DNA from: Acaryochloris sp. IP29b_bin.176
GTDB lineage: Bacteria; Cyanobacteriota; Cyanobacteriia; Thermosynechococcales; Thermosynechococcaceae
Direction of reading: 5' to 3'
Length of the DNA: 23,062 nucleotides
Assembly: GCA_028285315.1 (NCBI GenBank)
Contig: JANQPU010000030.1
Coordinates: forward strand, 1-23,062
Below are positions 1 to 10,154 of the stretch, one piece after another. The position numbers were made by a program, and so were the translations under genes. The notes beneath the pieces were generated by a model that was given only the letters and a program-made list of their open reading frames with translations, ran no database searches and was not told the DNA's origin. The first letter of the stretch is position 1; every line of letters starts with the position of its first letter.

Positions 1-23
1 TGGGTCGATATGGGAGGTATTGG

Positions 24-65
24 AACCCTCTGGATGAGTGAATGCATCGCATCCGAGGGTTTTTT
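24..65 (+). terminator. Candidate rho-independent terminator of a + strand gene ending upstream of the window
   Basis: Stem AACCCTC(T)GGATG (24-36) pairs with CATCCGAGGGTT (50-61), with one bulged T and a 13-nt loop. A T-run at 60-65 follows. Confidence 0.45.
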
Positions 66-340
66 ATGGCATGAATTAACTAGTTGTTTATACTCTAACC
101 ATTACTCCAAGCCCAGACCTGAGAAGAACTACGGAAATATTGATTTCATGTCGATAAAATCTGCCAGTAAATACACCCATCACTGCATTCCCCCTATGGA
201 ATAAAAGCCATTCCAGCATTAGAGGGATACGAATCTAGGGATATATTTCCTATACTCTAAATACGGTAATACGCCAGCAAAGCACTACAATCCTTTATCG
301 CTACCGTTGCCTGAATAAACATATTGCTTAGGGAGCAGGT

Positions 341-1718
341 ATGGAGACTCAACTCAATTCCAGCCCGACTAGTGTAGACACCGACTTTAATTTCTGGCAG
401 CACTGGTATCCAATTGCCCCCATTGAAGACTTAGATCCGCAACGTCCTACACCGATTACCTTACTAGGTCAGCATTTGGTCGTTTGGCAGCCCCTTCAGT
501 CTGACCAATATCTCGTTTTTCAAGATCAGTGCCCGCATCGATTAGCCCCGCTTAGTGAAGGCCGCATTGATGAGCAAACAGGCCACCTCATGTGTAGTTA
601 TCATGGTTGGCAATTTGATCAGGAAGGTCTTTGCACCCATTATTCCCCAAGCTGAAGCAGTGACCCCTCAACAATCTCAACGCTACTGCGTCACTCTCTT
701 ACCCAGCCAGGAGCACAGCGGGCTGTTGTGGGTGTGGCCGGATCCACAGACCCGAGATTTAGCTGCGGCCCAACCCTTGCCCATTTCTCCAATCATTGAT
801 GCGAGTCAAGGCTTTGTATGGTCCTCTGTCATGCGAGATCTGGCCTACGATTGGCAAACCTTAGTCGAAAATGTCTCTGATCCCAGTCATGTTCCTTTTG
901 CATATCATGGTGTTCAAGGAAATCGCAAGCAAGCGGCTCCTATTCCCATGGAAGTCCTGAAATCAACGCCGGAGTTAATCGAAGTGCAGACAACAGGGGC
1001 TTTCTCGACCCAGATTATTTTTCAGCTCCCCTGCCGATTGGAATATCAATTTTCCCTAGGCGAAGGACGACAAGCGGGAATGGTTACCTATTGTATTCCT
1101 ATTGCCCCTGGTCGGTCTCGCATTGTGGCCCTATTTGCCCGGAACTTTGCCAAAGGTTTGCAGCAAGTCATCCCCCGATGGTTAGAGCATATGAAAAATC
1201 GCAACCCAGTATTGGATGGCGACATGATTTTGTTACATGCTCAAGAAAAGCAGTTCCGTCAGCAAACTCAGCATCAAAGTTAGCAAACAGTCTACAAACT
1301 CCCCACTAGTGCTGATCGCCTTGTCATCAAATATCGACGATGGTTTGAGAAGTATTGCCAGGGACAAATTCCGTGGGGATCTGCCCACAACAATATCCCC
1401 GTCGCTTCCGAAAATTATGATCATTGGCAACCCCTAGGCGAGCAACGACCTCAAATCTTGGATCGGTATCACCAACACACCCTCATATGTAGCAGTTGTC
1501 GGCGGACTTTGAGCAGAATAAAGCTATTACAAAAAATTTTGGTGGGAGTCTTTGCGATCGCAATTGGTATAGCAGCAATCCTGCCTGATTCTGTCAGAGC
1601 GAACTGGGGAGTCCCCATCGTTCTAGCGGGACTTTTGGGTTTAGGAGCCCGTTACTGGTTGAAATATTGGCTTGAGCCCAGATTCTATTTTGTCGATTAT
1701 GTCCATGCAAATCGCTGA
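341..1718 (+). pseudogene. PaO/Tic55-family Rieske [2Fe-2S] non-haem-iron oxygenase, disrupted by a frameshift and a nonsense codon
   Basis: The Rieske motif CPHR...CSYHGW lies in the frame of 341. The family continuation (IPQAEA, ENVSDPSHVPF, PTSADRLVIKYRRWFEKYC, CSSC, C-terminal TM helices) lies in the frame of 555. Deleting one T near 641 restores C-T-H-I-P-Q-A. There is an in-frame TAG at 1281-1283, and the same frame stays open from 1284 to the stop at 1716-1718. GGAG lies 7 nt upstream of the ATG at 341. Confidence 0.75.
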
Positions 1719-2374
1719 AGGACAGCTGTTAGACAAAGCGTTTACAGCTACGGCCGCCGTCCCATTGGCACCGCTCAGGATAAGGCTATTTTGTAGCGCA
1801 TTCTATAACAGAATGTAAATGTCAATACCCCTAGAATTAGGGTGTCAGATCCTCTTGCACTCAGGTGAGTTGACCTAGGTGCCAAAGGATACAGTGTATT
1901 CAAATTAGAGATGGCTTACCACAAGACTTTGCTTAAAATAAGCATCTTCATCGTTGTTTGATGAATTTTTATTGACTTATATAAATTCTTCCTGATGTTT
2001 TGAGTGGATATCTAACTCAGTGGTGCCTGGAGTGCCCAGTTTCCCCGAATTGGGTGTCTCGGAATTGATCAAAAATCCGATAGCCTTTTCTAGTAAGGAT
2101 CTCAAGGTTTTTTGAAGATCTTATGGAGATCAAAATCTTGAGCGATACACAGAGTATTGCAAGTGCGATCGCCTCGCCAGTCCAGAAGAAGTAATAGGGA
2201 TCAAAAACGACGGGATCTTTACTCCAAAAGAATTTCAAGCATTTTTGCAGGTGTTTTTGGCTTTGTGTAAAGAACTGTATAGACTCCTGGCTATGTAAAC
2301 CATGAGTATTAAGTATTTTTTCTTAGCCTGTTTGGGACTAGTGGGAGGATATACTTCTAGAACAGAAACGCTTA

Positions 2375-2836
2375 ATGTTGTTGAGGTCGCGTATGGATTC
2401 GCCCCCTCCTATGTTGTTTGCGTCGATTACGGCTTTTTCCATGACGCTAGCCGTTTTCCTCTACATAGGACTTGGTGTACTAGGGATTGCCCTACGAAGA
2501 TTGCGACTCCGTCACGGTGAAGCTTCTTGGGGATGGTTACGTTATATCCACTATGGGTTGGGTATCACGCTAGTACTAACAATTTTAGAATTGATGACCA
2601 TTGGCATCTTGGGTGCTTCTACTTATGAAGGCACCTCAGGCCATTCTTCTCACTTGCCTGCGGGTCTATTAGTAGCTGGCTTAACCCTTGCCTCTGCTTG
2701 GGCAGCCAGCCGTGTACATCCTAAAAGGCCATGGGCTCGCCCCCTCCACGTCAGCATTAACGGCATGCTTTTCCTGGCTTTAACTGCTGTCTCTTGGACA
2801 GGATGGTCGGTCCTTCAGAATTACTTGCCCCAGTAG
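2375..2836 (+). CDS. Small polytopic membrane protein (about 4 TM helices), possibly DUF4079-like
   Basis: The 153-aa ORF has four long hydrophobic segments separated by short basic or His-containing loops. Alternative in-frame ATGs at 2393 and 2411 leave the start uncertain. The family name is from memory only. Confidence 0.6.
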   Translation: MLLRSRMDSPPPMLFASITAFSMTLAVFLYIGLGVLGIALRRLRLRHGEASWGWLRYIHYGLGITLVLTILELMTIGILGASTYEGTSGHSSHLPAGLLVAGLTLASAWAASRVHPKRPWARPLHVSINGMLFLALTAVSWTGWSVLQNYLPQ

Positions 2837-2902
2837 TGCCTGACAATTGGCCCATTAAACAGCCTGAATAATCAACAGTGTTCATGGAGTACCCAAGCAT
2901 TC

Positions 2903-3334
2903 ATGCAAAAGCTGAGTGGGTGCTGTCTCTGCGAAGGGATAGCCTATGAAATTGCTGGTGAGCTGGGTCCAATTTTTAACTGCCATTGCTCAAAGTGTAG
3001 GCGTTGGCATGGTGCTGCCTTTCGGACCCGAGCGACGATATCCACCGCACAATTTAGATGGATAAGAGGTCAAAAGTTGCTTTCTCGATATTACTCATCT
3101 GGGTTTGTCGTCAAGCATTTTTGCTCAGCCTGTGGTTCAAATTTAATTAGCACCTATGATAATGAGCTAGATAAGATTGGCATCCCATTAGGAGGACTGG
3201 AACAGTCTCCTAGCAACGAACCTGAGGGGCATATCTATGTGGGGTCCAAATCACCCTGGTTCAAGATTACAGATGACTTGCCTCAATACGACACTTGGCC
3301 TGGAAGTCATGCGAAGGTGCGTGAGACCAGATAA
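2903..3334 (+). CDS. GFA (glutathione-dependent formaldehyde-activating / CENP-V) family zinc protein
   Basis: The Cys pattern is typical of the GFA fold: CCLCEG..., NCHCSKCRRWHGAAF, CSACGSNL. The length of 143 aa also fits. Confidence 0.85.
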   Translation: MQKLSGCCLCEGIAYEIAGELGPIFNCHCSKCRRWHGAAFRTRATISTAQFRWIRGQKLLSRYYSSGFVVKHFCSACGSNLISTYDNELDKIGIPLGGLEQSPSNEPEGHIYVGSKSPWFKITDDLPQYDTWPGSHAKVRETR

Positions 3335-3389
3335 TTCGTCCTTATATTTCCTAATTTGTGGCATGGACCTGCAAATTTTAGTTTAAGGT

Positions 3390-4022
3390 CTATGCAGGCG
3401 GCTCACTCCCCTGCCAACGCTGGAGTGGGACGCAATCGATACCTAATTGATCCAAAGCCCGAGCCACCACAAAGTCTGCAAGATCTTCAATGGTTTTAGG
3501 ATTGTGATACCAAGCTGGAATGGCGGGTACGATCCGTGCTCCCGCTTCTGCCAAGGTCGTTAAATTTCGGAGGTGAATTAAGCTGAAGGGGGTTTCTCGC
3601 GGCACAATCACCAAAGGCCGTCGTTCCTTAAGGTGCACATCTGCTGTGCGCTCCAGTAGATCAGAGCTGAGACCACTGGCGATTTTAGCAACGGTACTCA
3701 TGCTGCAAGGGATCACAATCATGCCCAGAGTACGGAAGGAACCACTGGCGATCCCGGCCCCTACATTTGTGGCGGCATGACAGGTTAGATTCCCCCCCCA
3801 TGCGTCGGCTTGCTGACGCCAAAATTGCTCTTGTTTACTAGGGTCTGCCGGCATCCGAATATTTTGCTCTGCTTGCCAAACCTGGAAAGTGGCCTTGGAG
3901 GCAACCAGCTCAATCGAGTATTCTGCTCGCAACAGAAACTTAATCGTTCGCACGGCATAGAGTAAACCGGATGCACCCGAAACACCTAAAGTAACGGGTA
4001 ATAGAGAGTTAGAGTGAGACAC
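3390..4022 (-). CDS. ubiX: UbiX flavin prenyltransferase
   Basis: N-terminal LGVSGASG flavin-binding loop, VIPCSMSTVAKIASG and PRETPFSLIHLRNL motifs, 210 aa. The start codon is GTG (cac at 4020-4022), with no in-frame ATG alternative near it. Confidence 0.9.
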   Translation of the reverse strand: MSHSNSLLPVTLGVSGASGLLYAVRTIKFLLRAEYSIELVASKATFQVWQAEQNIRMPADPSKQEQFWRQQADAWGGNLTCHAATNVGAGIASGSFRTLGMIVIPCSMSTVAKIASGLSSDLLERTADVHLKERRPLVIVPRETPFSLIHLRNLTTLAEAGARIVPAIPAWYHNPKTIEDLADFVVARALDQLGIDCVPLQRWQGSEPPA

Positions 4023-4220
4023 AAGCGCAGGCCATAGAATAGCAATAGTTCGTCTAAGCGAAACGTTTCATTATAACGCTGCTATCTTGTCTTCCTCACA
4101 GGGAGAGCGATCCCCAGCCGAGCCTTAGGATATATGTTGATTGCAGGATTCATTACGATAGGAAAGCAAGAATACAGGGCATTATTCCCATAAACGTACA
4201 CTGGTACTGAGGCCCCCAGA

Positions 4221-4700
4221 TTGAAACAACTTCCCCTTATTTCTAGAGGCATCACCCTTCTCTGTTGGTTATTGTGGATGGCCGTAATGGTCCAATTTTC
4301 TACCCAGCGATGGGGAGGAGAACAAACCCAGTCTATTTTGACGACTATCCTTCAATGGGGATTACCAGATTTGCTCAACATTTTGAGCTTGGAACAACTG
4401 AACACTTTGAATTTCGTGGTTCGGAAGGGAGCCCATTTAACGGAATATGCGATTCTCACTACATTTTGTTTCTCCATGGGTACGGTTGGACTCCAAAAGC
4501 CTTGGAAATCGGCATTACCCTGTGCGGTCTTGGGATCTGCCCTATTTGCCATCACCGATGAAATCCATCAGAGCTTTGTCCCTAGTCGGGGGGCCTCTCC
4601 CATGGATGTGCTGATTGATATTACAGGTGCACTGATAGCGGCGGGCTTGATTAGTATTTGGCACATCCGTTTTAATCCAGAGACAAAACAAAGCCTATGA
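4221..4700 (+). CDS. VanZ-like family membrane protein
   Basis: VRKGAHLTEYAIL and TDEIHQSFVPSRGASPMDVLIDITGA strings are typical of VanZ-like proteins, and the ORF is multi-TM. The first start is TTG at 4221. An internal ATG at 4278 is an alternative. Confidence 0.7.
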   Translation: MKQLPLISRGITLLCWLLWMAVMVQFSTQRWGGEQTQSILTTILQWGLPDLLNILSLEQLNTLNFVVRKGAHLTEYAILTTFCFSMGTVGLQKPWKSALPCAVLGSALFAITDEIHQSFVPSRGASPMDVLIDITGALIAAGLISIWHIRFNPETKQSL

Positions 4701-5074
4701 CTATCACTCAGTTTTTACATGCAGCTGTTCTCGTTCAAGATCTGGAGCGCTCCCGACATTTTTACGGGGAGGTGTTGGGATTATCAGAATGTCCTCGCCC
4801 CTTTGACTTTCCAGGGGCTTGGTACCAAATCGGGGCCCAACAACTACACATCATCGTGTCCCAAGATTACTGTGCTGAGCAGGTGGATCTGGAACGATGG
4901 GGGCGGAATCGCCATGTTGCTTTGGCTGTCACCAATTTAGAGGACTGTCAAACACAACTAAAAGCAGCCGAAGTCCCCTATCAATTCAGCCACTCTGGCC
5001 GAGCAGCTTTGTTTGTTCACGACCCTGACGGTAATGTTATTGAGCTGAGCCAAGTCGATGCCCCATCTCGCTAG
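4697..5074 (+). CDS. VOC (glyoxalase/bleomycin-resistance/dioxygenase) family protein
   Basis: FLHAAVLVQDLERSRHFYGEVLGL..., HVALAV and FVHDPDGNVIEL are classic VOC beta-alpha-beta-beta-beta module strings. The ATG overlaps the upstream stop as ATGA (4697-4700). Confidence 0.85.
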   Translation: MTITQFLHAAVLVQDLERSRHFYGEVLGLSECPRPFDFPGAWYQIGAQQLHIIVSQDYCAEQVDLERWGRNRHVALAVTNLEDCQTQLKAAEVPYQFSHSGRAALFVHDPDGNVIELSQVDAPSR

Positions 5075-5846
5075 GATTGATCTTTATCCCTTCAAGTCTT
5101 TGGATGGCATTACAGTCCAAACAGCTAACCTTTTGGCGAGTGGTGCCCTGGAGCATGATCGAGAATATGCCTGTTTCGACCGCCAGGGAAAGGTAGTTAA
5201 TGGGAAGCGATTGGCCCAGATTCATGGGTTGCGATCGCAGTTCTCCAATGACTACCAAACCCTAACGCTGCAAGCCCCGGACAGTGAACTTCAAACATTC
5301 CACTTAGAGCAAGATCGCGACGCCTTAACAGCTTGGCTGAGTCATTTTTTTCAGATTGACATCCAAGTGCGGCAAAATTCGGAATCTGGGTTTCCCGACG
5401 ATACCGATTCTCCTGGCCCGACCCTCATTAGTACGGCTACGCTTGAGACAGTAGCCGATTGGTACCCTAATCTGACAGTAACAGAGCTACGCCGCCGCCT
5501 GCGCTCCAACTTAGAAATTGGAGGTGTGCCTCCATTTTGGGAAGATCAACTCTTCGCCGATGCCGACCACGTTGTTCAGTTTCAAATCGGGTCAGTGCTC
5601 CTAGAAGGCGTTAATCCTTGCCAAAGATGTATCGTTCCCACCCGTGATCCCCAGACTGGTATTGCCACCCCCAAATTTCAAAAGACATTGATGCAAAATC
5701 GGCAACAGTCTTTGCCAAACTGGGTTAATCCAGCCCGCTTTAATCATTTCTATCGATTGGCGGTCAATACTCGGATTCCGCAGGGTACAGGCTCTGTCTT
5801 AACTCAGGGAGATGAGGTCACCATTAAAGGTCTTGTGGAAGCTTAG
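5058..5846 (+). CDS. MOSC domain protein (YcbX-like, with N-terminal beta-barrel plus MOSC)
   Basis: N-terminal IDLYPFKSLDG and C-terminal NPCQRCIVPTRDPQTG (the conserved MOSC Cys). The start overlaps the VOC gene by 17 nt. Confidence 0.85.
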   Translation: MPHLARIDLYPFKSLDGITVQTANLLASGALEHDREYACFDRQGKVVNGKRLAQIHGLRSQFSNDYQTLTLQAPDSELQTFHLEQDRDALTAWLSHFFQIDIQVRQNSESGFPDDTDSPGPTLISTATLETVADWYPNLTVTELRRRLRSNLEIGGVPPFWEDQLFADADHVVQFQIGSVLLEGVNPCQRCIVPTRDPQTGIATPKFQKTLMQNRQQSLPNWVNPARFNHFYRLAVNTRIPQGTGSVLTQGDEVTIKGLVEA

Positions 5847-6072
5847 ACATTCTTCTTGGAACCCTGTGGTCAATGGGGGTCGACGATGCTCCATGAAACC
5901 TAACTCCCGTTTATTCCAAAATTAAGCTTTGATGCTGCACTCGCCCCATTGTTTAAGCCAGTGATGCGTATCAGATGGATAGTCAGGCTTCATAATATTC
6001 AGTAGCCAACGTGGAACATCTGTCTGTCTCCACTGGAAGTGAGCAAGATGGATATAGTTCTGATAAACGTGC

Positions 6073-9000
6073 TCAGGGTAACTTCACCGGAGGATGCAGC
6101 GTTAAACTCTGTTTAAGATATTGCCCCGTATAGGATTCAGACACATTCGCAACCATCTCTGGTGTGCCAGTTGCTACTAATTTACCCCCGCGATCGCCCC
6201 CATCTGGCCCCAGATCAATCACCCAATCTGAGCAGCGAATCACATCTAAATTATGCTCAATCACCAACACTGAATTGCCCTTATCCACCAGCCGTTGCAA
6301 CACATCCAGCAACTTGTGGACATCATAAAATGATAACCCCGTTGTCGGTTCATCAATTAGATAGAGGGTTTTACCCGTCGCCCGGCGGGACAGCTCCGTC
6401 GCCAGCTTCAACCGCTGGGCTTCCCCACCCGATAACGTTGGTGCTGTCTGTCCTAACCGCACATAACCCAACCCCACATCCACCATCGTTTGCAGCTTAT
6501 TCGCCGCCTTGGGGATATTTTCACAAAATTTGAGGGCTTCCTCCGCCGTCATCGCCAGCACATCTGCAATCGATTGGCCCTTATATTTGACTTGTAGGGT
6601 TTCTCGGTTATAGCGTGCTCCTTTGCAGACCTCACACTGGACATAAACATCTGGGAGAAAATTCATTTCAATTACGTTAACGCCTTGCCCGCCACAGGCT
6701 TCGCAGCGACCGCCCTTCACATTGAAGGAAAACCGACCGGGTTTATAGCCTCGGGCTTTGGCTTCCACTGTTTCTGAAAACACACTCCGGATCACGTCAA
6801 ACACCCCGGTATAGGTCGCAGGGTTGGAGCGAGGCGTGCGACCGATAGGGGATTGGTCAATGACGATGGCTTTATCCAAACTCTTGAGACCCGAGACCCG
6901 ATCTAGCTCATTGGGAAAGGGCACCTTAAACCCCAAGTAATGCTGCAAAGCGGGATACAGCAGCTCATTCATCAGCGTCGATTTACCCGACCCCGATACG
7001 CCCGTAATGCAGACCAGCTTGCCTAAGGGAATCTCAACCTCAAGACTTTGGAGATTGTTGCGATAGGCATTGTGGAGCCGCAGGGCTCGACCATTTCCCG
7101 ATCGTCGCTCAGCCGGAGTAGGGATGACTCGTTTCCCTGATAGATAAGCCCCTGTGAGCGAGTCGGGGCTATCCAGCAGATCTTCTAATCCTCCCTGAAC
7201 CACGATGTTGCCGCCGTGAACCCCCGCTTCTGGACCAATATCCACCAGATAGTCCGCTGCTCGAATCGTATCCTCATCATGCTCCACCACGATCAAAGTA
7301 TTGCCGAGGTCTCGCAGTTTGGTTAGGGTTTGCAACAACCGATGATTATCCCGCTGATGTAGGCCAATACTGGGTTCGTCCAAAACGTACAGAACCCCCG
7401 TTAGGCCCGCTCCAATTTGCGTTGCCAGACGAATCCGCTGAGCTTCACCTCCCGAGAGGGTCATGGCCGTGCGGTCTAGAGTGAGATAATCCAGACCCAC
7501 GTCCAGCAGAAACTGCAACCGGGCTTTAATTTCCTTAAGCACCAGCTCGCCGATTTGGGCCTGGCGAGCACTGAGGGTCATGGCGTTAATCCGCTTTAAG
7601 CAGTCACGGATGGAGGCTCCTGTCAGATCCGGTAGACAAAACTGGCCCATGCGTACTGACAGCGCTTCTGGCTTCAGACGTCTGCCTTCGCAGACTTCAC
7701 AAGACCGCTGAATTAAATATTTTTCCAGTTTTTGCCGATACTGATCGGAAGTGGTTTCCCGATAATGCCGATCCAGGAGCGGAATCACACCCTCATAGCG
7801 TTTGTGGTAGCCTTTTGATTCTCGATAGCGCGAATCCACTTCCATATAGATGGGCTCTTTGGTGCCATGCAAGATGATGTGGCGCTGCTCATCCGTCAGC
7901 TCGGCCCAACTGGATTGCAGCTCAAAGCCAAAGGCCTGCCCTACGCTGTAAAGTAGGGAAAAATAGTAGGTATTATCTTTCTCCGACCAAGGAGCAATGG
8001 CCGCATAGACGGGCAAATTGGGGTCCGGTACAATCAAATCTTCGGAAAAGACCTTAAGACTACCTAGACCATGGCATTCTGGGCAAGCTCCATAGGGTGA
8101 GTTAAAGGAAAATAAGCGGGGCGACAGTTCTTCCATCACTGCCCCATGCTCGGGACAAGCAAAGTTTTCGGAAAAGACAAAGAGCTTGGGCTGGGCCTCG
8201 TCACCGTAACTGCCTTCTGCTTCGGCCACCTTAAGCGACTTGGCCTGGGTAATGGGCACCACCTTATCGGAGGGTGTGGGCAGCACCTCCACCATAACGA
8301 TGCCTTCAGCTCGTTGTAGTCCGGTGGAGAGGGAATCTGCTAGCCGTTCTTCAATCCCTGGCTTCATCACCAATCGATCAACCACCACTTCAATATCATG
8401 CTTGAAGTTTTTATCCAGATCGATGGCATCGCTGAGTTCTCGAACTTCGCCATTCGCCCGAACTCGGACAAATCCTTCCGAAGCCAGACTAGAGAGTAGC
8501 TTTTTATGGGTGCCTTTTTTGCCGCGAACCACGGGGGCCAAAATTTGGAACCGCGCTTTCTCCGGCAGTTCCATGACTTGATCTACCATCTGATCAATAG
8601 TTTGGGGTGTGATGGTGCGATCGCAATGGGGACAATGGGGCTCACCCGCCCGTCCATAGAGTAAACGCAGATAGTCGTAAATCTCTGTCACCGTACCGAC
8701 AGTAGACCGGGGATTGTGGGAGGTGGATTTTTGGTCAATGGAGATGGCAGGACTCAGACCCTCAATGGCGTCTACATCGGGCTTATCGACCTGGCCTAGA
8801 AACTGGCGAGCATAGGCACTGAGAGATTCCACATAGCGTCGCTGCCCCTCGGCAAAGATGGTGTCAAAGGCTAGCGAAGATTTTCCCGATCCCGACACGC
8901 CTGTAAACACGATCAACTGATCGCGGGGCAAGTCTAAGTCAATATTTTTGAGGTTATGCTGACGAGCCCCCCGAATCCGAATCTGATGGTCTTCGGGAAT

Positions 9001-9087
9001 CTTGACTGCCTTGACCCGACCATTGGTAGATGAACGACTGGCCGCTGCTTTTTTCTCTTGTTTGGGAGCATCAGCACGGCGAGGCAT
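6073..9087 (-). CDS. uvrA: Excinuclease ABC subunit A
   Basis: The 1004-aa ORF has two Walker A loops (GVSGSGKSS and GVSGSGKST), two LSGGEAQR signatures and Cys4 zinc modules (CPHCDR, CPECHG, CEVCEG, CEACGG...CEVCKG). Confidence 0.97.
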   Translation of the reverse strand: MPRRADAPKQEKKAAASRSSTNGRVKAVKIPEDHQIRIRGARQHNLKNIDLDLPRDQLIVFTGVSGSGKSSLAFDTIFAEGQRRYVESLSAYARQFLGQVDKPDVDAIEGLSPAISIDQKSTSHNPRSTVGTVTEIYDYLRLLYGRAGEPHCPHCDRTITPQTIDQMVDQVMELPEKARFQILAPVVRGKKGTHKKLLSSLASEGFVRVRANGEVRELSDAIDLDKNFKHDIEVVVDRLVMKPGIEERLADSLSTGLQRAEGIVMVEVLPTPSDKVVPITQAKSLKVAEAEGSYGDEAQPKLFVFSENFACPEHGAVMEELSPRLFSFNSPYGACPECHGLGSLKVFSEDLIVPDPNLPVYAAIAPWSEKDNTYYFSLLYSVGQAFGFELQSSWAELTDEQRHIILHGTKEPIYMEVDSRYRESKGYHKRYEGVIPLLDRHYRETTSDQYRQKLEKYLIQRSCEVCEGRRLKPEALSVRMGQFCLPDLTGASIRDCLKRINAMTLSARQAQIGELVLKEIKARLQFLLDVGLDYLTLDRTAMTLSGGEAQRIRLATQIGAGLTGVLYVLDEPSIGLHQRDNHRLLQTLTKLRDLGNTLIVVEHDEDTIRAADYLVDIGPEAGVHGGNIVVQGGLEDLLDSPDSLTGAYLSGKRVIPTPAERRSGNGRALRLHNAYRNNLQSLEVEIPLGKLVCITGVSGSGKSTLMNELLYPALQHYLGFKVPFPNELDRVSGLKSLDKAIVIDQSPIGRTPRSNPATYTGVFDVIRSVFSETVEAKARGYKPGRFSFNVKGGRCEACGGQGVNVIEMNFLPDVYVQCEVCKGARYNRETLQVKYKGQSIADVLAMTAEEALKFCENIPKAANKLQTMVDVGLGYVRLGQTAPTLSGGEAQRLKLATELSRRATGKTLYLIDEPTTGLSFYDVHKLLDVLQRLVDKGNSVLVIEHNLDVIRCSDWVIDLGPDGGDRGGKLVATGTPEMVANVSESYTGQYLKQSLTLHPPVKLP

Positions 9088-9148
9088 AGAAACATTTTGA
9101 AAAATTACTTAATAATTCTACCGCTAATTTGTAAGCTTCCTGAGGCTT

Positions 9149-9712
9149 TTAGCCGACGGATCTAGGTTTTGCGGTCAACCATTTAGCTGCAAGGCCGCCG
9201 CCGATAAATCCAAATAGATGACCTTCCCAGGAAATATGGGGCATCGTTGGCAACAATCCAAATAGCAAACTGCCATAGACAATTGCCACAAACACCGACA
9301 AGGTGATGGCGGGCCAACTCCGTTCAAAGTATCCTCGTAAGAGAATGTAACCGAGGTAACCAAATACTAAACCGCTGGCTCCAATATGGACGGTATTATT
9401 CCCACCAAACAACCATGTACCTAAGCCCCCCACTAACATCACGATCAAGCTGACGGAGAAAAAATCCATAATCCGGCGGACCATTACCAGCCCGCCCAAG
9501 ATTAGAAAGGGGGCTGTATTCGCCAATAAATGCCTAAAGTTTCCGTGCAGAAAGGGCGCTAATAGAATACCCCGTAGACCGACTAGGGTACGGGGTTGAA
9601 TGCCAAACTGAATAAGTGAATCACCTGTCATCCAATTTAGAATTTGGATGCTCCAAAGTGCGATCGCACTCAGTCCTAAAATTTGTAGTTGGGTTTTGAG
9701 CTGCTCTCTCAT
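9149..9712 (-). CDS. Rhomboid-family intramembrane serine protease
   Basis: Six hydrophobic helices. The catalytic Ser motif is IGASGLVFG, with His in EGHLFGFIGG. HGNFRHLLAN is also present. Confidence 0.85.
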   Translation of the reverse strand: MREQLKTQLQILGLSAIALWSIQILNWMTGDSLIQFGIQPRTLVGLRGILLAPFLHGNFRHLLANTAPFLILGGLVMVRRIMDFFSVSLIVMLVGGLGTWLFGGNNTVHIGASGLVFGYLGYILLRGYFERSWPAITLSVFVAIVYGSLLFGLLPTMPHISWEGHLFGFIGGGLAAKWLTAKPRSVG

Positions 9713-9802
9713 ACGGGTTGCGATGCACTACCTCTCAAGCATAGTCAGCTCAGAGCTGAGATTGCCACTCTTGCCCAAAAATGAAATAGCAGTTCTAACT
9801 TG

Positions 9803-10108
9803 CTACCACTTCAGCAAATTGAACTGTTCCATGTCGACAGTATCGCGGTTCCGGTAGATGGATAGAATAATCGCCAATCCTACAGCGGCCTCAGCTGCAG
9901 CAATGGTAATCACGAACACCGTAAACACTTGGCCGTTAATATTTTGGCCATCCAGAAAGTTTGAGAAAGCCACTAAATTGATATTGACAGCATTTAAGAG
10001 CAATTCCACCGACATCAATACCCGCACTGCGTTACGGCTCGTCACCAGACCATAGATACCAATACAAAATAAGGCAGCCGCTAAGAGTAAAAAGAACTCA
10101 AGGTTCAT
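9803..10108 (-). CDS. ndhE: NAD(P)H-quinone oxidoreductase (NDH-1) subunit 4L
   Basis: This 101-aa three-TM protein is close to cyanobacterial NdhE over its full length ([32 protein letters not shown]...). It is the last gene of the ndhAIGE order. Confidence 0.95.
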   Translation of the reverse strand: MNLEFFLLLAAALFCIGIYGLVTSRNAVRVLMSVELLLNAVNINLVAFSNFLDGQNINGQVFTVFVITIAAAEAAVGLAIILSIYRNRDTVDMEQFNLLKW

Positions 10109-10154
10109 AGGGATTCTCTAAATTTTTCCAACAAGACTTGACAGGTTTATATCA

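Noticed and set aside
10-204. 64-aa + strand ORF at the left edge
   Set aside because: It spans the candidate terminator hairpin at 24-65, has no SD and no recognisable motif, and lies in what looks like an intergenic leader of the oxygenase gene.
1091-1437. ORFs 1091-1309 (+), 1233-1430 (-) and 1237-1437 (+)
   Set aside because: They are alternative-frame or antisense readings inside the Rieske oxygenase pseudogene. The family-like sequence lies in the frame of 555/1458.
2017-2238. 73-aa - strand ORF
   Set aside because: It has a TTG start and no recognisable family or SD, and it sits isolated in an AT-rich gap. I kept it only as a remark in a finding, not as a feature.
2302-2520. 72-aa + strand ORF with a signal-peptide-like start
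   Set aside because: It overlaps the better-supported 4-TM membrane protein gene (2375-2836) in another frame. The downstream part is Cys/Arg-rich and looks like noise.
3785-5258. Nested ORFs 3785-3985 (-), 4265-4561 (+), 4352-4555 (-), 4719-4940 (+), 5037-5258 (-)
   Set aside because: All lie inside or antisense to the well-supported ubiX, vanZ-like, VOC and MOSC genes, and none has motifs of its own.
5922-5993. 23-aa micro-ORF (MKPDYPSDTHHWLKQWGECSIKA) on the - strand in the MOSC/uvrA convergent gap
   Set aside because: It is too short to support without conservation or expression data, and it has no SD.
6162-8581. 123-aa and 113-aa + strand ORFs (6162-6533 and 8240-8581)
   Set aside because: They are antisense shadow ORFs within uvrA. 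Their Pro/Ser/Thr-rich composition is typical of the reverse strand of a GC-balanced gene.
9746-9760. Palindrome TCAGCTC-A-GAGCTGA downstream of ndhE, considered as a terminator
   Set aside because: The loop is too small, and no T-run follows on either strand.
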